DNA of 64,000 nt, from NCBI RefSeq assembly GCF_009914755.1, contig NC_060926.1; one strand, 5' to 3'. Both the position numbers and the translations under genes were made by a program. The notes beneath the pieces were generated by a model. The model worked only from the letters and a program-made list of their open reading frames with translations. It ran no database searches and was not told where the DNA came from. The number at the start of each line of letters is the position of its first letter. Within the stretch, counting starts at the first letter, position 1. Source of the stretch: the human T2T-CHM13v2.0 reference genome, Homo sapiens. Below, piece after piece: positions 29,889 to 48,752 of the stretch.

Positions 29889-30200
29889 TGTTTTTTGTTT
29901 TTTGTTTTTTTTTTTGAGATGCAGTTTTGCTCTTGTTGTCCAGGCTGGAATGCAATGGCGTCATCTCGGCTCACAGCAACCTCCGCCCCCCAGGTTCCAG
30001 CGATTCTCCTGCCTCAGCCTCCTGAGTAGCTGGGATTAAAGACTTGCGCCACCACGCCCAGCTAATCTTTTTGTATTATTAGTAGAGATGGGGTTTTACC
30101 ATGTTGGCCAAGCTAGTCTCAAACTCCTGACCTCAGGTGATCCACCCACCTCGGCCTCCCAAAGTGCTGGGATTACAGGCGTGAGCCACCGTGCCCGGCC
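29889..30200 (-). mobile_element. Alu (AluS-like)
   Basis: Full dimer; TSD gagattgat. Confidence 0.95.
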
Positions 30201-30397
30201 AGGAGATTGATCTTTGGTAAGTATCCATAGGTTCCTCTGAATATTAATAAAAGGAAAGGTTCTCTATTGACTTCACAGCATCCCAGCTACTGACAACCTG
30301 GTAGGCCACATATCTAATTAAACGGACCATCCTGACTGGCTTGATCATGCCATGGTTTATCTGCTTGTCCCCAGTAGGCCGGTACCTGATATTCTGA

Positions 30398-30747
30398 GTG
30401 TCTTTGTCAGTTTGGGCTGCCCTAACAAAGTACTGAGTGGCTTATCAACAATGTATTTCTCACAGTTTTGGAGGCTGGAAATCCTAGATTGGGGGCCAGC
30501 ATGGTGGGTTCTGCTGACGACCCTCTTCCAGTTTGCAGATGGCCAACTTCTTGTTGCATCTTCATGTGGCAGAAAGAAAGGGAGAGATCTCTCTAGGGTC
30601 CTTTTTATAAGGGCACTAATCCCATTCACAAGGGCTCTATACTGATGACCTAGTTACCTCCCAAAGGCCTCACCTCCACATACCATCACATCGGGGATTA
30701 CATGTCAACTATGAATTTTGGGGAACACAAACCTTCAGTCCATAACA
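30398..30747 (-). mobile_element. MLT1A-like MaLR LTR
   Basis: gtttgggctgccctaacaaagtac...tttctcacagttttggaggctggaa...ttcagtccataaca. Confidence 0.8.
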
Positions 30748-31193
30748 TTGAGTGTATGTGGACAAGCGCATAGATACACATTTATAAATGACATCTTTAA
30801 TAGTAGTAATAATTACGTCCTTAGTAACCACACACACATTGTGAGTTTCCATTAAATGGCAGTCACTGTGCTAAGTATTTCATGTGACTTGTCTCATTTA
30901 ACAATTATTACAACTCTTCTGGTAGCTACTTTTCTTCTTCTTGTGTCCCAAATGAGGATGCTAAGGCTGCCAAGGTTAAGAAATTTATCCAATATTTTAT
31001 AGTTAAAAACTGACAGAAATAGGACCCAAATCTCAGCCTAGGAATTCATTCACTAAACCTCAATTCCTCAATGTAGGAAGAGGTTCATTAATAATAATAA
31101 TAATAATGGTTATTGCAGATAAAAATGTTTATACCTTTCCAGGCCCTGTTTGATATGTTTTGGATATTTTAACTGATTTAATCCTCACTACTA

Positions 31194-31625
<432 letters not shown>

Positions 31626-32077
31626 AACCAAAGCATCCTGCTCCAGTGTCAGCCTCAGTCCTCTTCTCCACTGTACTATACTTCACAGTTCTTTAGAGAA
31701 ACCCAAGAACCTTTTAGAGATTCTGGAAGGTCAAACTATTTTAATAACAATACTAAAGGACTATTTGCCTTTCTTACTGTCTCTCTCACGAGCACTATAT
31801 TTGGAGTTTTCCAGAGGTTATATGATGTAAGAGATTGCCACAAATGTAGAAGAAAACATGAGAATCCTGCAGTCATCTGTTAAGCCAATTATTAAAGAGA
31901 CACTGCTAACTGAAAAAAAAAAAACTACTCTTTGGGAAAATACAGCTATTTTTCACTTTAAAAATGTTTTTATGTTGACAAATAATGGGTTCATTATTGT
32001 TCTTCTAAAGGAAACAACAAATAAAGTGTTCTTAATTTTCATTTGCAATATGGTAGCGATAGATATAAATCATAAAG

Positions 32078-32752
<675 letters not shown>

Positions 32753-33280
32753 CTATTATTGTCATAGTTATTAGAGATGAAATAACCTGCCTGAGGCCAC
32801 ACTGTGACAAACTAGGGACATAAAAAAGTTGAAATTCTCTGCAATAATATAATAAGCTGCATTTAATAATGATTTAACAAACTAGATGATCAAATTCCCT
32901 TCCAGTGAGTAATGTTAAGTACCACAAAGAAGAGAGCTGTCCATAACTAACGCCATTGAAGAGAAAGATGATGGGTCATAGAGACTCCAGGCAGATGAAC
33001 AAAGACCTGGATTCCAGGTGTGATACTTACAGTACCTAAATGTGTTACCACAGGCAAATCATTTGAAATCTCTGAATTATTGTGTTCATATGTATAAAAT
33101 GTAAAAAATTATGTATCTCTCTCATCTACATTACAAGTATGAAATAATTTATGTGAAAGTGCTCTGAAGTATAAAATAGGGAAAGTGTGTTCTGCTCCAA
33201 TTCTCATACCCAAATAAATCCCAGAGGGATTAAAATGTTACTGTAAAAAACACAAGCAAAAATTACTAGAAAGATATATA

Positions 33281-33662
<382 letters not shown>

Positions 33663-33729
33663 TCAATGTGATGACAAAGAGAAAACATTTTACAAAAGTA
33701 CTGAAGTTACCTCAAAAAAAGAGAAAATA

Positions 33730-34033
33730 GACTGAGCATGGTGGCTCATGCCTTCAATCTCAGCACCTTGGGAGGCCAAGTCAAGAGGATGACTTGAGCC
33801 CAGGAATTCAAGATCAGCCTGGGCAACATGGCAAGATCCTGTCTCTCCAAAAAAAATACAAAAATTAGCTCTGGGCGTAGTGGTGGGTGCCTGTGATCCC
33901 AGCTACTTAGGAGGCTGAGGTGGGAGGATCGCTCGAGCCCAGGAGTTCTAGGCTGCAGAGAGCTGTGTTTGTATCATTGCACTCCAACCTAAGCAGCAGG
34001 GCAAGACCCTATCTCAAAAAAAAAAAAAAAAAA
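33730..34033 (+). mobile_element. Alu (AluJ-like)
   Basis: Dimer with gagcccagga motifs and A tail. Confidence 0.9.
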
Positions 34034-34049
34034 TGTTTGGCAGGGAGGA

Positions 34050-35480
<1,431 letters not shown>

Positions 35481-35641
35481 AATGTACTGGAGTTTGTCCC
35501 TGGAAAAACATAGCTTCAGAAAGGCAGAAGTCATTTTAAAAGTAAAATATTTTTTAAATGGTGGGAAACAAATTGTGTAATTGACCTTAATGTAGTGTTA
35601 ATGTCTTCAATATATAAAGCACATTTATAAGCCAATAAGAA

Positions 35642-36000
35642 TGTATTAGTCAGTTCTCATGTGCGAATAAAGACATACCTGAGCCTGGGTAATTTATGAA
35701 GGAAAGAGGTTTAATAGGCTCACAGTTCCACATGTCTGGGGAGGCCTCACAATCGTGGTGGAAGGCAAAGGAGAAGAAAGTCATGGCTTACATAGCAGCA
35801 GGCAAGAGATCTTGTATGGGGAACTCCCATTTATAAAATCATCAGATCTTATAAGAGTTATTCACTACCATGAGAACAGTATGGGGGAAACCGCCCCCAT
35901 GATTCAATTATCTCCATCTCCACCTTGCCCCACGATTGACACATGGGGATTATTACAGTTGAATGTGAGATTTGGGTGGGGACACAGCCAGACCAAATCA
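35642..36000 (-). mobile_element. THE1 solo LTR
   Basis: tgtattagtcagttctcatg...ggggacacagccagaccaaatca; flanks aagaa/aagag. Confidence 0.9.
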
Positions 36001-36831
36001 AAGAGAAAAAGGTAACATCTGAAATGAAAATGGGCTGAAGATATTAATATAAAGTTCATAAAAGAGGAAATATGAATGATATAAACACATTAAAATGCTC
36101 ATCTTGACTTATAATAAAAGGACAAATTAAAGTGACATGTTTTTTGCTTACCAGATTGACCAAGATTACAAATACTAGTGACCCTGTAGGCTGGTACATG
36201 GGGCTGGATGTATTCTCATGCAATGCAATTGAGAGTTTACACTGATATAGTTGTCTGAAGGCCAATTTAGCCATATATTTAGCCATACAATTTAGCCAAA
36301 CACTCATACATTTTGATCTTATAGTTCTATAATTTCATGCTAAGGAAATACTTGGGTGTATTAGCAAAGGTAAATGTGTAAAAATATTTGTCAAAGTAAA
36401 TGATAGAAAAATACTAGAAAAATCCTACATGTTAAATAATTGGAATAGGGATATATAGTTTTACCTATACAGTGAAATTCTTAGCATCCAGTTAGAATAA
36501 AGATATTACTCATATTTATTGATATAGAGGTGTGGTCATAGTATATTGTTAGCCAAGAAAAGTAGGTACAAAATTATATACAATCTGATATTAAGTTTGT
36601 AATATATATTTTTATTGATATTAGATATGTATGTATAGTATAATTGTGTATTTATAAATATATTACTGTAAATTATATATTCATTATAGTCTTACAATTA
36701 TATTTATATTCTAACATTTATATTATTATTTATAGTTATATGTTATATATTTATATGTATGTGGAGAAAAGTCTTAAAGGATTTTCATAAAAATATTAAC
36801 AGTTGTCTTTGAATGATAAGATTTGGGGTGA

Positions 36832-37131
36832 GGCCAGGCACAGTAGCTCACGTCCGTAATTACAGAACTTTTGGAAGCCAAGTGAGAGGATCGCTTGAAC
36901 CCGGGAGTTCAGGACCAGCCAGGGCAGCATAGTGAGGTCTTGACTCTACTAAAAAATAAAAAAATAAAAAATAGGTGGCATGGTGGCACACACCTGCAGT
37001 CCCAGCTACATGGGAGGCTGAGGTAGGAGGATCACTTGAGCCTGGGAGGTCAAGGCTATAATGAGCTATGATTGTGCCACAGCTCTCCAGCCTGGGCAAC
37101 AGAGCAAGACTCTGTCTTAAAAAAACAACAA
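36832..37131 (+). mobile_element. Alu (AluJ-like)
   Basis: Full dimer; TSD aagatttgg/aagatctgg. Confidence 0.92.
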
Positions 37132-38947
37132 CAGAAAGATCTGGAATTTTTTTTCCTAAATTCTTATTTCACTTACCATTTTTGCACAGAATAGACAATT
37201 TGAATATTTTATATTTTTAATAGAACTGTAAGCAGATTTTAGAGCCCTTTGGAGAAGCACTTAGGCTTTTGACAGAGTCAGGCTGTATTAAAACCCTTTG
37301 CTCAATGACTCTGGACAAGTCACTAACCTCCCCAAGTCTTAATTATCTCAGTAGCCACCTCATAAAGTTGTCATTAGTGAGACAAAGTATTTTAAGGTCT
37401 TAATACAGTGCCTATGTATAATAAGCACTTAGTGGCTGTTATTCTTGTTTTTATAATTATCATTATCAATATTAAGGAAGATTCTCCATTGTTTATAAAT
37501 ACAGAACTTTTAATTATCTACACATACATATGGCAGGACCATGCCACATGGGGGATCCCTTAGTCCAAAGAGCTAAACATCTGCCCACTCCCCTCGAGAG
37601 GAAGAAATTTTTCTCAAGCAACTACATTCTGTTGTCACGACAGGACATTTTTCATTATAATCACATAATAACTATTAGTTATGTGTCTCAATGATAACAT
37701 CAAAGCATATTTAGCTTGTAGCTTAACTGTGCTACCAGGTAGAAGAAATGAAAAATGATAGAAAATGCTGTTGCCAAATATAAACTATTTCAGAAACATA
37801 AATGAAAAACCAATAGCTATGTGGGCTAACCATGGAGTTAATTATCTTTTGTAATATCAGGAGACAATGATATAATAATAGGTTATGACAAGTTAAATAT
37901 TGCTATATAACAAAATACAATATCATAGGATAGTATTCTTATAATATAAAGTATATATATTATAATACAATAATAAATATAATATAATAATATAAGAAAT
38001 AAGGTGTTTTTCCAAGTTCCAAGAAACTGGATTTCAAATCAATCTGTGAACTCTAACAGATTTCTAATCTGGGGGCAGGACAGTGTCATATTATATAAAA
38101 ATTGTGCTGTATTTTATGTTAACATTTTATATTTCATTATATATCATACTATCTATATTACATGTAGAATTTCTAGGTTCTAGCAGTATAACCTGTTGTT
38201 AGGCATTCTAACACTCATTTAATTATTTCTCTGTTGCAAACTTTTAAAGAATATTAAAACACGTACATCTGGCCACATCTTAGAGGAAGTGACTTACTGT
38301 GCTTCTGAAATATTAAATCAGTAGTAAAATAGCCTCCTCTGATGGCCCTCAAAGGGCTAGGGAAGTTATGAGTATGCACTGCTTCTGATTTCCCACACAC
38401 GGGATTATGTATGTCTCATCTCTCAAATGTGGAAAAATACTAAAAAGGCAGAAACCAGTGATTTTGCTAACAAGTCTGAGATAAAAAGGGCAAAGCTAAA
38501 TTTCTGGGCAGGTGATGTCCTCTTTTCTCAAGTCCCAGTCCACTCATTGTAGACACCAAGTAAGGTTTGTATCTTCTGGATGAAAGTCTCATTTCCCGTT
38601 TTCCATCATTAATCTCTTTGGTCTGCTGTACACAGAAATATATTCGCTCTTTTAAACCCAGAAAAATGACTGAGTTGTACCTACTAGGTCACAATGGATC
38701 ACTGCTACTGGAAAAGCAAAATTAGAATTTTTGGGATACCAAATAAATTAACTAATTGAAAGCTGTAAGCTTTGTTGTGATGAAGAGTCGGTTTAAGGCT
38801 GGACAGAATCTGGCTAACACAAAGCTTCCAGGTAAACACTGCATGACCTAATGGGTGTTATTGGCAAGTGTTTGGGAGTCATTAACTCAGAGGGAAGTGG
38901 TGGGCTGTGAGGGGGCACTAAATTGCTTCCATAAAAAATAAACCAGG

Positions 38948-39245
38948 GGCCAGGCGCGGTGGCTCACACTTGTAATCCCAGCATTTTGGGAGGCCGAGGC
39001 AGGCAGATCACCTGAGGTCAGGAGTTTGAGACCTGCCTGGCCAACATGGTGAGACCACATCTCTACTAAAAATACAAAAATTAGCAGGGCATGGTGGCAT
39101 GTTCCTGTAATTTCAGCTACTCAGGGGGCTGAGGCAAATCACTTGAACCCGAGAAGCAGAGGTTTCAGTGAGCTGAGATCGCACCACTGCACTCCAGCCT
39201 AGACAACAGAGCGGGACTCCACCTCAAAAAAAAAAAAAAAAAAAA
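38948..39245 (+). mobile_element. Alu (AluS-like)
   Basis: Full dimer; TSD aaccaggg. Confidence 0.95.
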
Positions 39246-39544
39246 GAACCAGGGAGTAGATTAAAATGCAGATTCCTAGGGTGGGCCAAAGAATCTGCAT
39301 GTTTTAAAAGTTCCCTGCTTTTAAAAGCTGATTTAGAAACTCTGACTTAGGAAGTAAAAATGACACAATCCAATGATCTTTTGGTAAATGAATCCACAAC
39401 CATCCAATGACATTGCAGAAAAAATCAAAATATATAACTTTTGCTTTAAAGCAACCTTGCCCTTGCCACGGTGCTGAAACAGCCATATTTGAAATAAAAA
39501 TGATTTAAATAACCCATAGGATTTTTCTTTTATATATATATATA

Positions 39545-39725
39545 TAGCATTTATATTTTATTAGGTATTATAAGTAATCTAGAAATGATTTAAAATATAC
39601 AGAAGTGAATAGGTTATATGCAAATAACTGTGGCTATATTATATAAAGGGCTTAAGCATCTGTGATTTTAGTATCTGTGGAGGTCTTAGAACTTAATCCC
39701 TGGCAGATACCATGGGATCACTGTA
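39545..39725 (+). mobile_element. MER2-like (TcMar-Tigger) fragment
   Basis: attaggtattataagtaatctagaaatgatttaaa...ggttatatgcaaata...gataccatgggatcactgta. Confidence 0.8.
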
Positions 39726-40885
39726 CAAAATAGGCCCCGGACACAGATATTTTTTAGTACATAGATACATAGATAATTTTTTTTAATGAGCCCCTATCTT
39801 CAGGGATTAGATCAATATTGTTTTAGACCTAAGATGTATCCCAGTGGTGGAGGAAAAATCTCAAATAACTAGTTCAACATTATTTCAGTCCCCTATCCCA
39901 CCTAACTGAGCTGTTGTTTTGAGTTATTCTCTAAAGACACCACTTTCTTCTCAATATCAAATGACATATTTAGTTAGGAAACAGAAGTAAACTGGCATTG
40001 TGGACTCTATGATATTTTAAAGGTTAATATTATTCATTACTAAACTAATTAGGCTAATTGCCTTCTCAGAAATGTAGATTTGAATATGCTGTAGATGTTG
40101 ACAGTTTATTCCCACATAGCTGATGCTGCAATTGGAGTTTAATCAGCAATTCTATGATGCTTTCACATTCAACCTTCAAATTCAGGCATTCTTTCTGGGC
40201 AAAAGCATCAGCGATGTTACTGAGTTTCAACCTTGCCCTCCCCAAGGGGTTTTCAGCTGACAGCAGGGCCTAGTGGCAACAGTCCTGAGATAGGAGTTGA
40301 AGGCCCAGGTCAGTGAGTCCCAAAGTGCCCTTCTTTTAATAGCAGAATGAGAATCCCCCAGGCCCAATTCAGGGAGCCTTGGAATCTGCATTTCCACAAG
40401 GTGATTCTGATGTAAAAGCACTGATCAAGATTTTATCTTCTTTATCCTGGGTCAGCCAAGATAAAGTATATAATCTCTTACACCTTGATTTGCAAGTCTC
40501 TATGGTGGAATAATGATATTTGTATCTCCTTTTCTCCTAGGAATATTAAAGAGACAACATTAGTGAATATATATTTAAAAGTAAAAATCTCAGAGTTTGA
40601 GAGAACAGCGTAACGTGGTAGTAAAATAACAGGTTAGCATTAGAAAAACTTGGTTCTAGAACCCAGTCAGCCACCTACTCACTGAACTTGAGTCTCGATT
40701 TTCACATCTTCAAAAAAGAGATTAATACCTACTTCCCAGAGTTAGGTTAAAGGAGATAGTATGTGTATAAAATTTGTCTTATGATTACCACACTGTAGAT
40801 ATTCAATAAAAAGTAGATATTACTAAGAATGAGAGGAGCTATAAATTTACTGGATTTATGTCAACTGAAAGTGATAAAACCATGT

Positions 40886-41213
40886 GGTCAGGTGCCGTGG
40901 CTCACGCTTGTAATCCTGGCACTTTAGGAGGCTGAGGCGGGTGGATCGCCTGAGGCCAGGAGTTTGAGAACAGCCTGGCCAACATGGCAAAACCCCATCT
41001 CTACTAAAAATACAAAAAATTAGCTGGGCATGGTGGTGGGCGCCTATAATCCTAGCTACTCAGGAGGCTGAGGCAAGAGAATCGCTTGAACTGGGTGGCA
41101 GCGGCTCGGGGGCAGAGGTTGCAGTGAGCCGAGATCGCACGACTTCACTCCAGCCTGGGCAAAAGGGCAAAACTCTGTCTCAAAAAACAAATGAAAAACA
41201 AAAACAAAACAAA
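40886..41213 (+). mobile_element. Alu (AluS-like) with small internal insertion
   Basis: Full dimer with extra gcggctcggg-containing segment at about 41100. Confidence 0.93.
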
Positions 41214-42122
41214 ATATTGTAAGAGCCACTAATATGGGAATGCTTGCTATTGCTGTATAACCTAGCTTTTCCTGACTAATAAAGATTTCAAATGATGATA
41301 GAGTGTTTTGTTTTTAAATAATGGAACTACCAGGTACAGCTTTCTCTATGAACTTTGGTCACAGTGGATATGAAACTCTTTAAGCAATCAACTGTCTGCA
41401 AGGATGCCAAGCACAGATCCTCCTACTTAGAAATGTCACTTGCAGAGGCCAACTTAAAGAGCCTCTGGCAGGAATACACCTCTTGCCAGGTGTTAAGTTT
41501 CATTTTTAACCAGTTCTGTTGCTATTATTTTCAAGCCATAATTTGTGTTGAGGATGAGATCTTCTTGAGACACCTAAGAGAAAGCCTCTCTCATCCACTT
41601 GCACAGATAGGCTGTCTGCAGCGATGTGCAATCCCCTGACTGCATGCAAGCATTTGCCACTTCCCAGGGATTCCAGCCTCTCTAGAGAGCAGTCTGCTCA
41701 GCTCAGACCCATCACTGTTGCGATTGTGTGAGATACCAGCTGCCCGCCCTGTCAGCCCACCTCCTGCTTGTTTACTGCACTGGAAGCTCTCAACTGCTCC
41801 TCTCTGAGGCCGGGAGGATCCCTTGAGTGTTGTCAATGTCTGTCACAAATGAGGGGTTTGCATGGAAAGCTGCTGCTGAACATGTGTCAGGAGAGAAAAG
41901 CAATGATAATGAGAGAAGCAAAAAGCCTATAATTGTTACAGATCAGCACCACTTATAGAGGCAGGGTGGAGGGGTAGAAAAAACACAAAATTTGGAGCAT
42001 AAGAAATAGGGATTTGGATCCCAGCTCCACTTGTTTTACCAGTGATAATAATACCTGATATTTATTGAGCACGCTTTAAGTGCTCAATATGAGATATGAA
42101 ATACAGCAAACATATGAGATAG

Positions 42123-42606
42123 TGTGACGGTTAACTTGATGTGTCAACTTGACTGGGCCCAGGGGTGCCCAGATTAAACAGTGTTTCTTGGTGTGTCTGG
42201 GACGGTGTTTCCAGATGAGATGAGCATTCGAATCAGTGGACTCGGTAAAGTCAATGGCCCTCTCCAACATAGGGGGCATCATCCAACCTGTTGAGGTCCT
42301 GAATAGAACACAAAGACAGAGGAAAAAGGAATGTGCCTCTTTTTTGTCCCACTGGCCTGCCTGAGTTGGAACATTGGTCTTCTCCTGCCCTTAGACTAGA
42401 TTCCCACCATTGGCCCCCTTGTTTCTTGGACCTTCGGGTTTAGACTGGGATTTCTACCACTGGCTTTCCTGGGTCTCCAGCCGGCAGATTGTGGGACTTC
42501 TCAGCCTCCATAATCACATGAGCCAATTCCTCATAAGAAATCTCTTCATCTATGTACATGAGTATATATATTTGCTCTGTTCCTCTGGAGAACACTGACT
42601 AACACA
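42123..42606 (+). mobile_element. MLT2-type ERVL LTR
   Basis: tgtgacggttaacttgatgtgtcaacttgactggg...cagcctccataatcacatgagccaattcc...gagaacactgactaacaca. Confidence 0.88.
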
Positions 42607-43049
42607 TCTATGTCCTACTGTACCATTACCCTGGTTTTACAGATTAGGAGAACTGAAGAACAATGCGATGTACCACAGGCAAAAATGTTTCTTTCAGTCC
42701 TTCAAATGATTACTCTCCTTTTAAACTCTTATGATGGCCAACCCTTCTATACATCTGCAAACTATATGCAGGAAGCTAGGAGTCTGAGATGTTTGAGTGA
42801 TTCATTTATGGTACAGTCAAGGGACAGTGGGTCTGCTAGAAAACACCTGCAAAGCAGCACAGTGACATTTGCTAAAGGTGAGATGTAAGACAACAGTTTT
42901 CCATGTAATCGCACAGGATTGGACAGAAAGAAGGCTCCCTCATTTACAGGCCAAAGCGAATTTGTCAGTTTCCTCACCAGGTTACATGAACATTTTCTCA
43001 GATATTTTCCTCCAAAAGTGTTTTGTGTAGATAAAAATAACTTAGATGT

Positions 43050-43364
<315 letters not shown>

Positions 43365-43661
43365 TTAGATGAGTCTAAATATCCCACCCCACCCGCTACT
43401 GGAATCCTTCAACAGTTCCTCAATACCCAAAGAAAAAAGAGCCATAACCTTTAACAAAAAATCGAAGGCTCTTCACAATCTTCCCCAAACCTACTTTTCT
43501 GGCCACTCTTAACCTTCCCCCCTTGAACATATGTTAACCCTCTGTCATGCTACCTCACACCTGTTACCAGACCATACCTTTACCCCCATGTCTTTGTTCA
43601 TGCTGTTCTCTCCATCAGGTGTACCTTTTCTGCTAATTGTTGTCTGTCCAAACAATACCCA

Positions 43662-44450
<789 letters not shown>

Positions 44451-44509
44451 CATGCCTCAGTTCTCACATCCAAGACTACTACTTTATTTAAAATGACTTC
44501 CAAATTCTT

Positions 44510-44991
<482 letters not shown>

Positions 44992-45623
44992 CTAGAATGA
45001 CTTTCAAATGCCTTATGATATCTAAAACTCTTCTGTTTTCCCTAATTATTCACCATGTGTGTTTTTCTACTGAAGGTGGGATGTATTTCTTATTCATCTT
45101 CACATTCTCCTCAAGGATCATTACCTTGCACACAGTTGGCGCCTTCACTGTGTTTGTGGAATAGAATTGTAATCACTTCTTTTAATTTCTTCCTGCAGAG
45201 TCACTTTTTCATGCTTTTTTTTCTTGCCAATAAGCTGCAACCTGCAACACCCCAAAGTGTGTTCCTGCCCTAGCAATGTGCATCCCCACAGAGCGGGGCC
45301 AGTAGCAGGCATAAACAAATGCCTTCCTGAACACTAAAACTTAGCAGGCACAAGCTAATTCATTTCTCAACACTTTGGCTGACATTTTGGAAGCTTCAGC
45401 TTATCAGTGCAGACAACATTTATCTCACACACACAAAAAGCCACTTGTTCCCGAATACCAGGCAGGTGTCTTATATAGATAGTTACACATATATTTTTAA
45501 ATGCTCAATCTGCCAGCAGAAGGACACTAGATTTACTGTTGAGAATCTGACATTCTCCTCTTTAATCTGCTAAACCTGCCCCTGAAGGCGAGAGGCTCTT
45601 CGCATCCCTCCAAGCCAGTGTTA

Positions 45624-45656
45624 TGCAGCATAATCCAGTCTACACTAGGTGGCATC
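45624..45656 (+). promoter_or_regulatory. Candidate CTCF site with upstream module
   Basis: TGCAG-N13-ACACTAGGTGGCATC versus consensus CCASYAGRKGGCRS; motif match only. Confidence 0.5.
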
Positions 45657-45894
45657 GCAGCCAACTGGGAAGTTTCTCTCTAGAGAGACGGGAACCGCAG
45701 AGGATTCCAGAGACTCTCACTTTTAACGATATTTCAGTATTCCTGAGCAAAGTAAGCACTTAATCAGAACATATACATAAATATTAACAAATGTATGCTC
45801 TATGAACAAATTACAGCACATGGCATAATACCTTGAAAGCCATATTTAAATGCCTGCTAAAACTAGCATTTTTCAAATGATGTGATTTTTTAAA

Positions 45895-46200
45895 TTATTA
45901 TTATTATTATTATTTTTGAGACAGTCTCATTCTGTCACCCAGGCTGGAGTGTAGTGGCGCGATCTTGGCTCACTGCAACCTCCGCCCCCTGGATTCAAGC
46001 AATTCTCGTGCCTCACTGTCCCGAGTAGCTTGGGATTACAGGTGCACACCATCACACCTGGCTCGTTTTTTTGTATTTTTAGTAGAGACAGGGTTTCACC
46101 ATGTTGGCCAGGCTAGTTTCGAACTCCTAACCTGAAATGATCTACCGACCTTGGCCTCCCAAAGTGCTGGGATTACAGGTGTGAGCCACCGCACCCGGCT
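45895..46200 (-). mobile_element. Alu (AluS-like)
   Basis: (TTA)n tail and full dimer; TSD aaattattatt. Confidence 0.95.
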
Positions 46201-46329
46201 TCAAAATTATTATTGAAATGAGGATAATTAGCATGTCTATCAACACAATCTGTATACGTATCGAAACTTCACACTGTACCCCAGTCACAATTCCTATGTG
46301 TCAACTAAAAACAAAATAAAACATATTTT

Positions 46330-47066
46330 ACAATGAAAAATCTGTACAGGAAAGAAACTGGACAACACCTTAACCAAGTCATCAAAATGCAAGAAAACGT
46401 TGACCTAAGAGCAGGCAGAATAGTTCTTCGCAAGGAAAGGTATCCTTTGTGTTTCCCCTAAGGGGCAGACAGACATGGTACATCTCCTATTGTAATACTC
46501 GAAAATAATATAACAGCTCTCACATAGCATTCCTGCCCAAAATGCATAACGTGAAGCAAATTAGAAGGAAACAGCACATGCATCTAAAGTAATTGACATT
46601 CTATAAAATAAATTGGCCCTTATTCTTTCTTAAAAAAATGTAAATGTCTTGATAGATAAAGAAAGGCTTAGGCACTGTTCCATATTAAAGGGAAGTAACT
46701 ACAAACACAAGATGACTAAATCTAATACACGGTCCTGGACTGAAGCTGTACTAGGAAAAGCACATTCGTACCAAGGGTATTGAGACAGCAAAACTGGAAG
46801 CTGAACTGTAGTTCAGATAAATACACACTGAAGACATAGGGGAAAAGGGGGTCTGATATATGCCATCTACTCTCAAATGGTTCAGAAAAAAATATGTACA
46901 TGGAAAATATACATAGAAGGGGATGAGAGACAGGATAAAGTTGATGTAAAATATTTAGTATTGACGATCTAGGTAAAGGGTACATGGGTTATTTGTACTA
47001 TTCTTGCAACTTTTCTGTAAGTTTGAAATTACTTTGGAATGAAAAGAAAAAATATTTTAATAAATA
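46330..47066 (+). mobile_element. L1MC-like 3' UTR relic
   Basis: tactctcaaatggttcagaaaaaa...atctaggtaaagggtacatggg...ttcttgcaacttttctgtaagtttgaaatt. Confidence 0.7.
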
Positions 47067-47081
47067 AAAAAATTGGGTTTG

Positions 47082-47428
<347 letters not shown>

Positions 47429-47942
47429 AAAAGATTAGTATTTAAACATATGAAAGACTGAGCCACTTTGAGATGCCTCACCTTTCACCATTTGTTTCTT
47501 GCACATCAGTTGCTACGTACCTTATCCAAGCTTGCGAGTGTGTTTGACTCTCTCCTCTCTATCCACTCTTCTCAAAGATGTCCAAGAGCCAGCATGGAGA
47601 ATTTGGTGCCTTCTTCCTGCTACCCCAGCTGTCCCTGGCTGCTCTGTTTGTGCAAGAAGCTTGTTAGTCAATAGAATCTGTCTGTCAATGATTCTCATCC
47701 CGGACTGCATATTAAAATCACCTTGGGAGGCCTTAAATGATGCTGACCTCTCAACCTCGGATTTTCTCATTTAATTAGTTGGGAAAAGGGCCCATTGATA
47801 TTTTTAAAACCTCCTGGTGATTCTAATATTCAGCAAGTTTGAGAACCACTGAACTAATGTGTTCCCAGTTTTATGAATGAGTGGGCCGCAGTCCTGCTGC
47901 ATCAGAATCATCTAAGAGGATTACTAAAAGGGTAAAATGCCT

Positions 47943-48752
<810 letters not shown>

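Noticed and set aside
36590-38170. Very AT-rich tracts as a matrix-attachment or unwinding element
   Set aside because: Explained by low-complexity TA decay in old L1 tails; no specific evidence of function.
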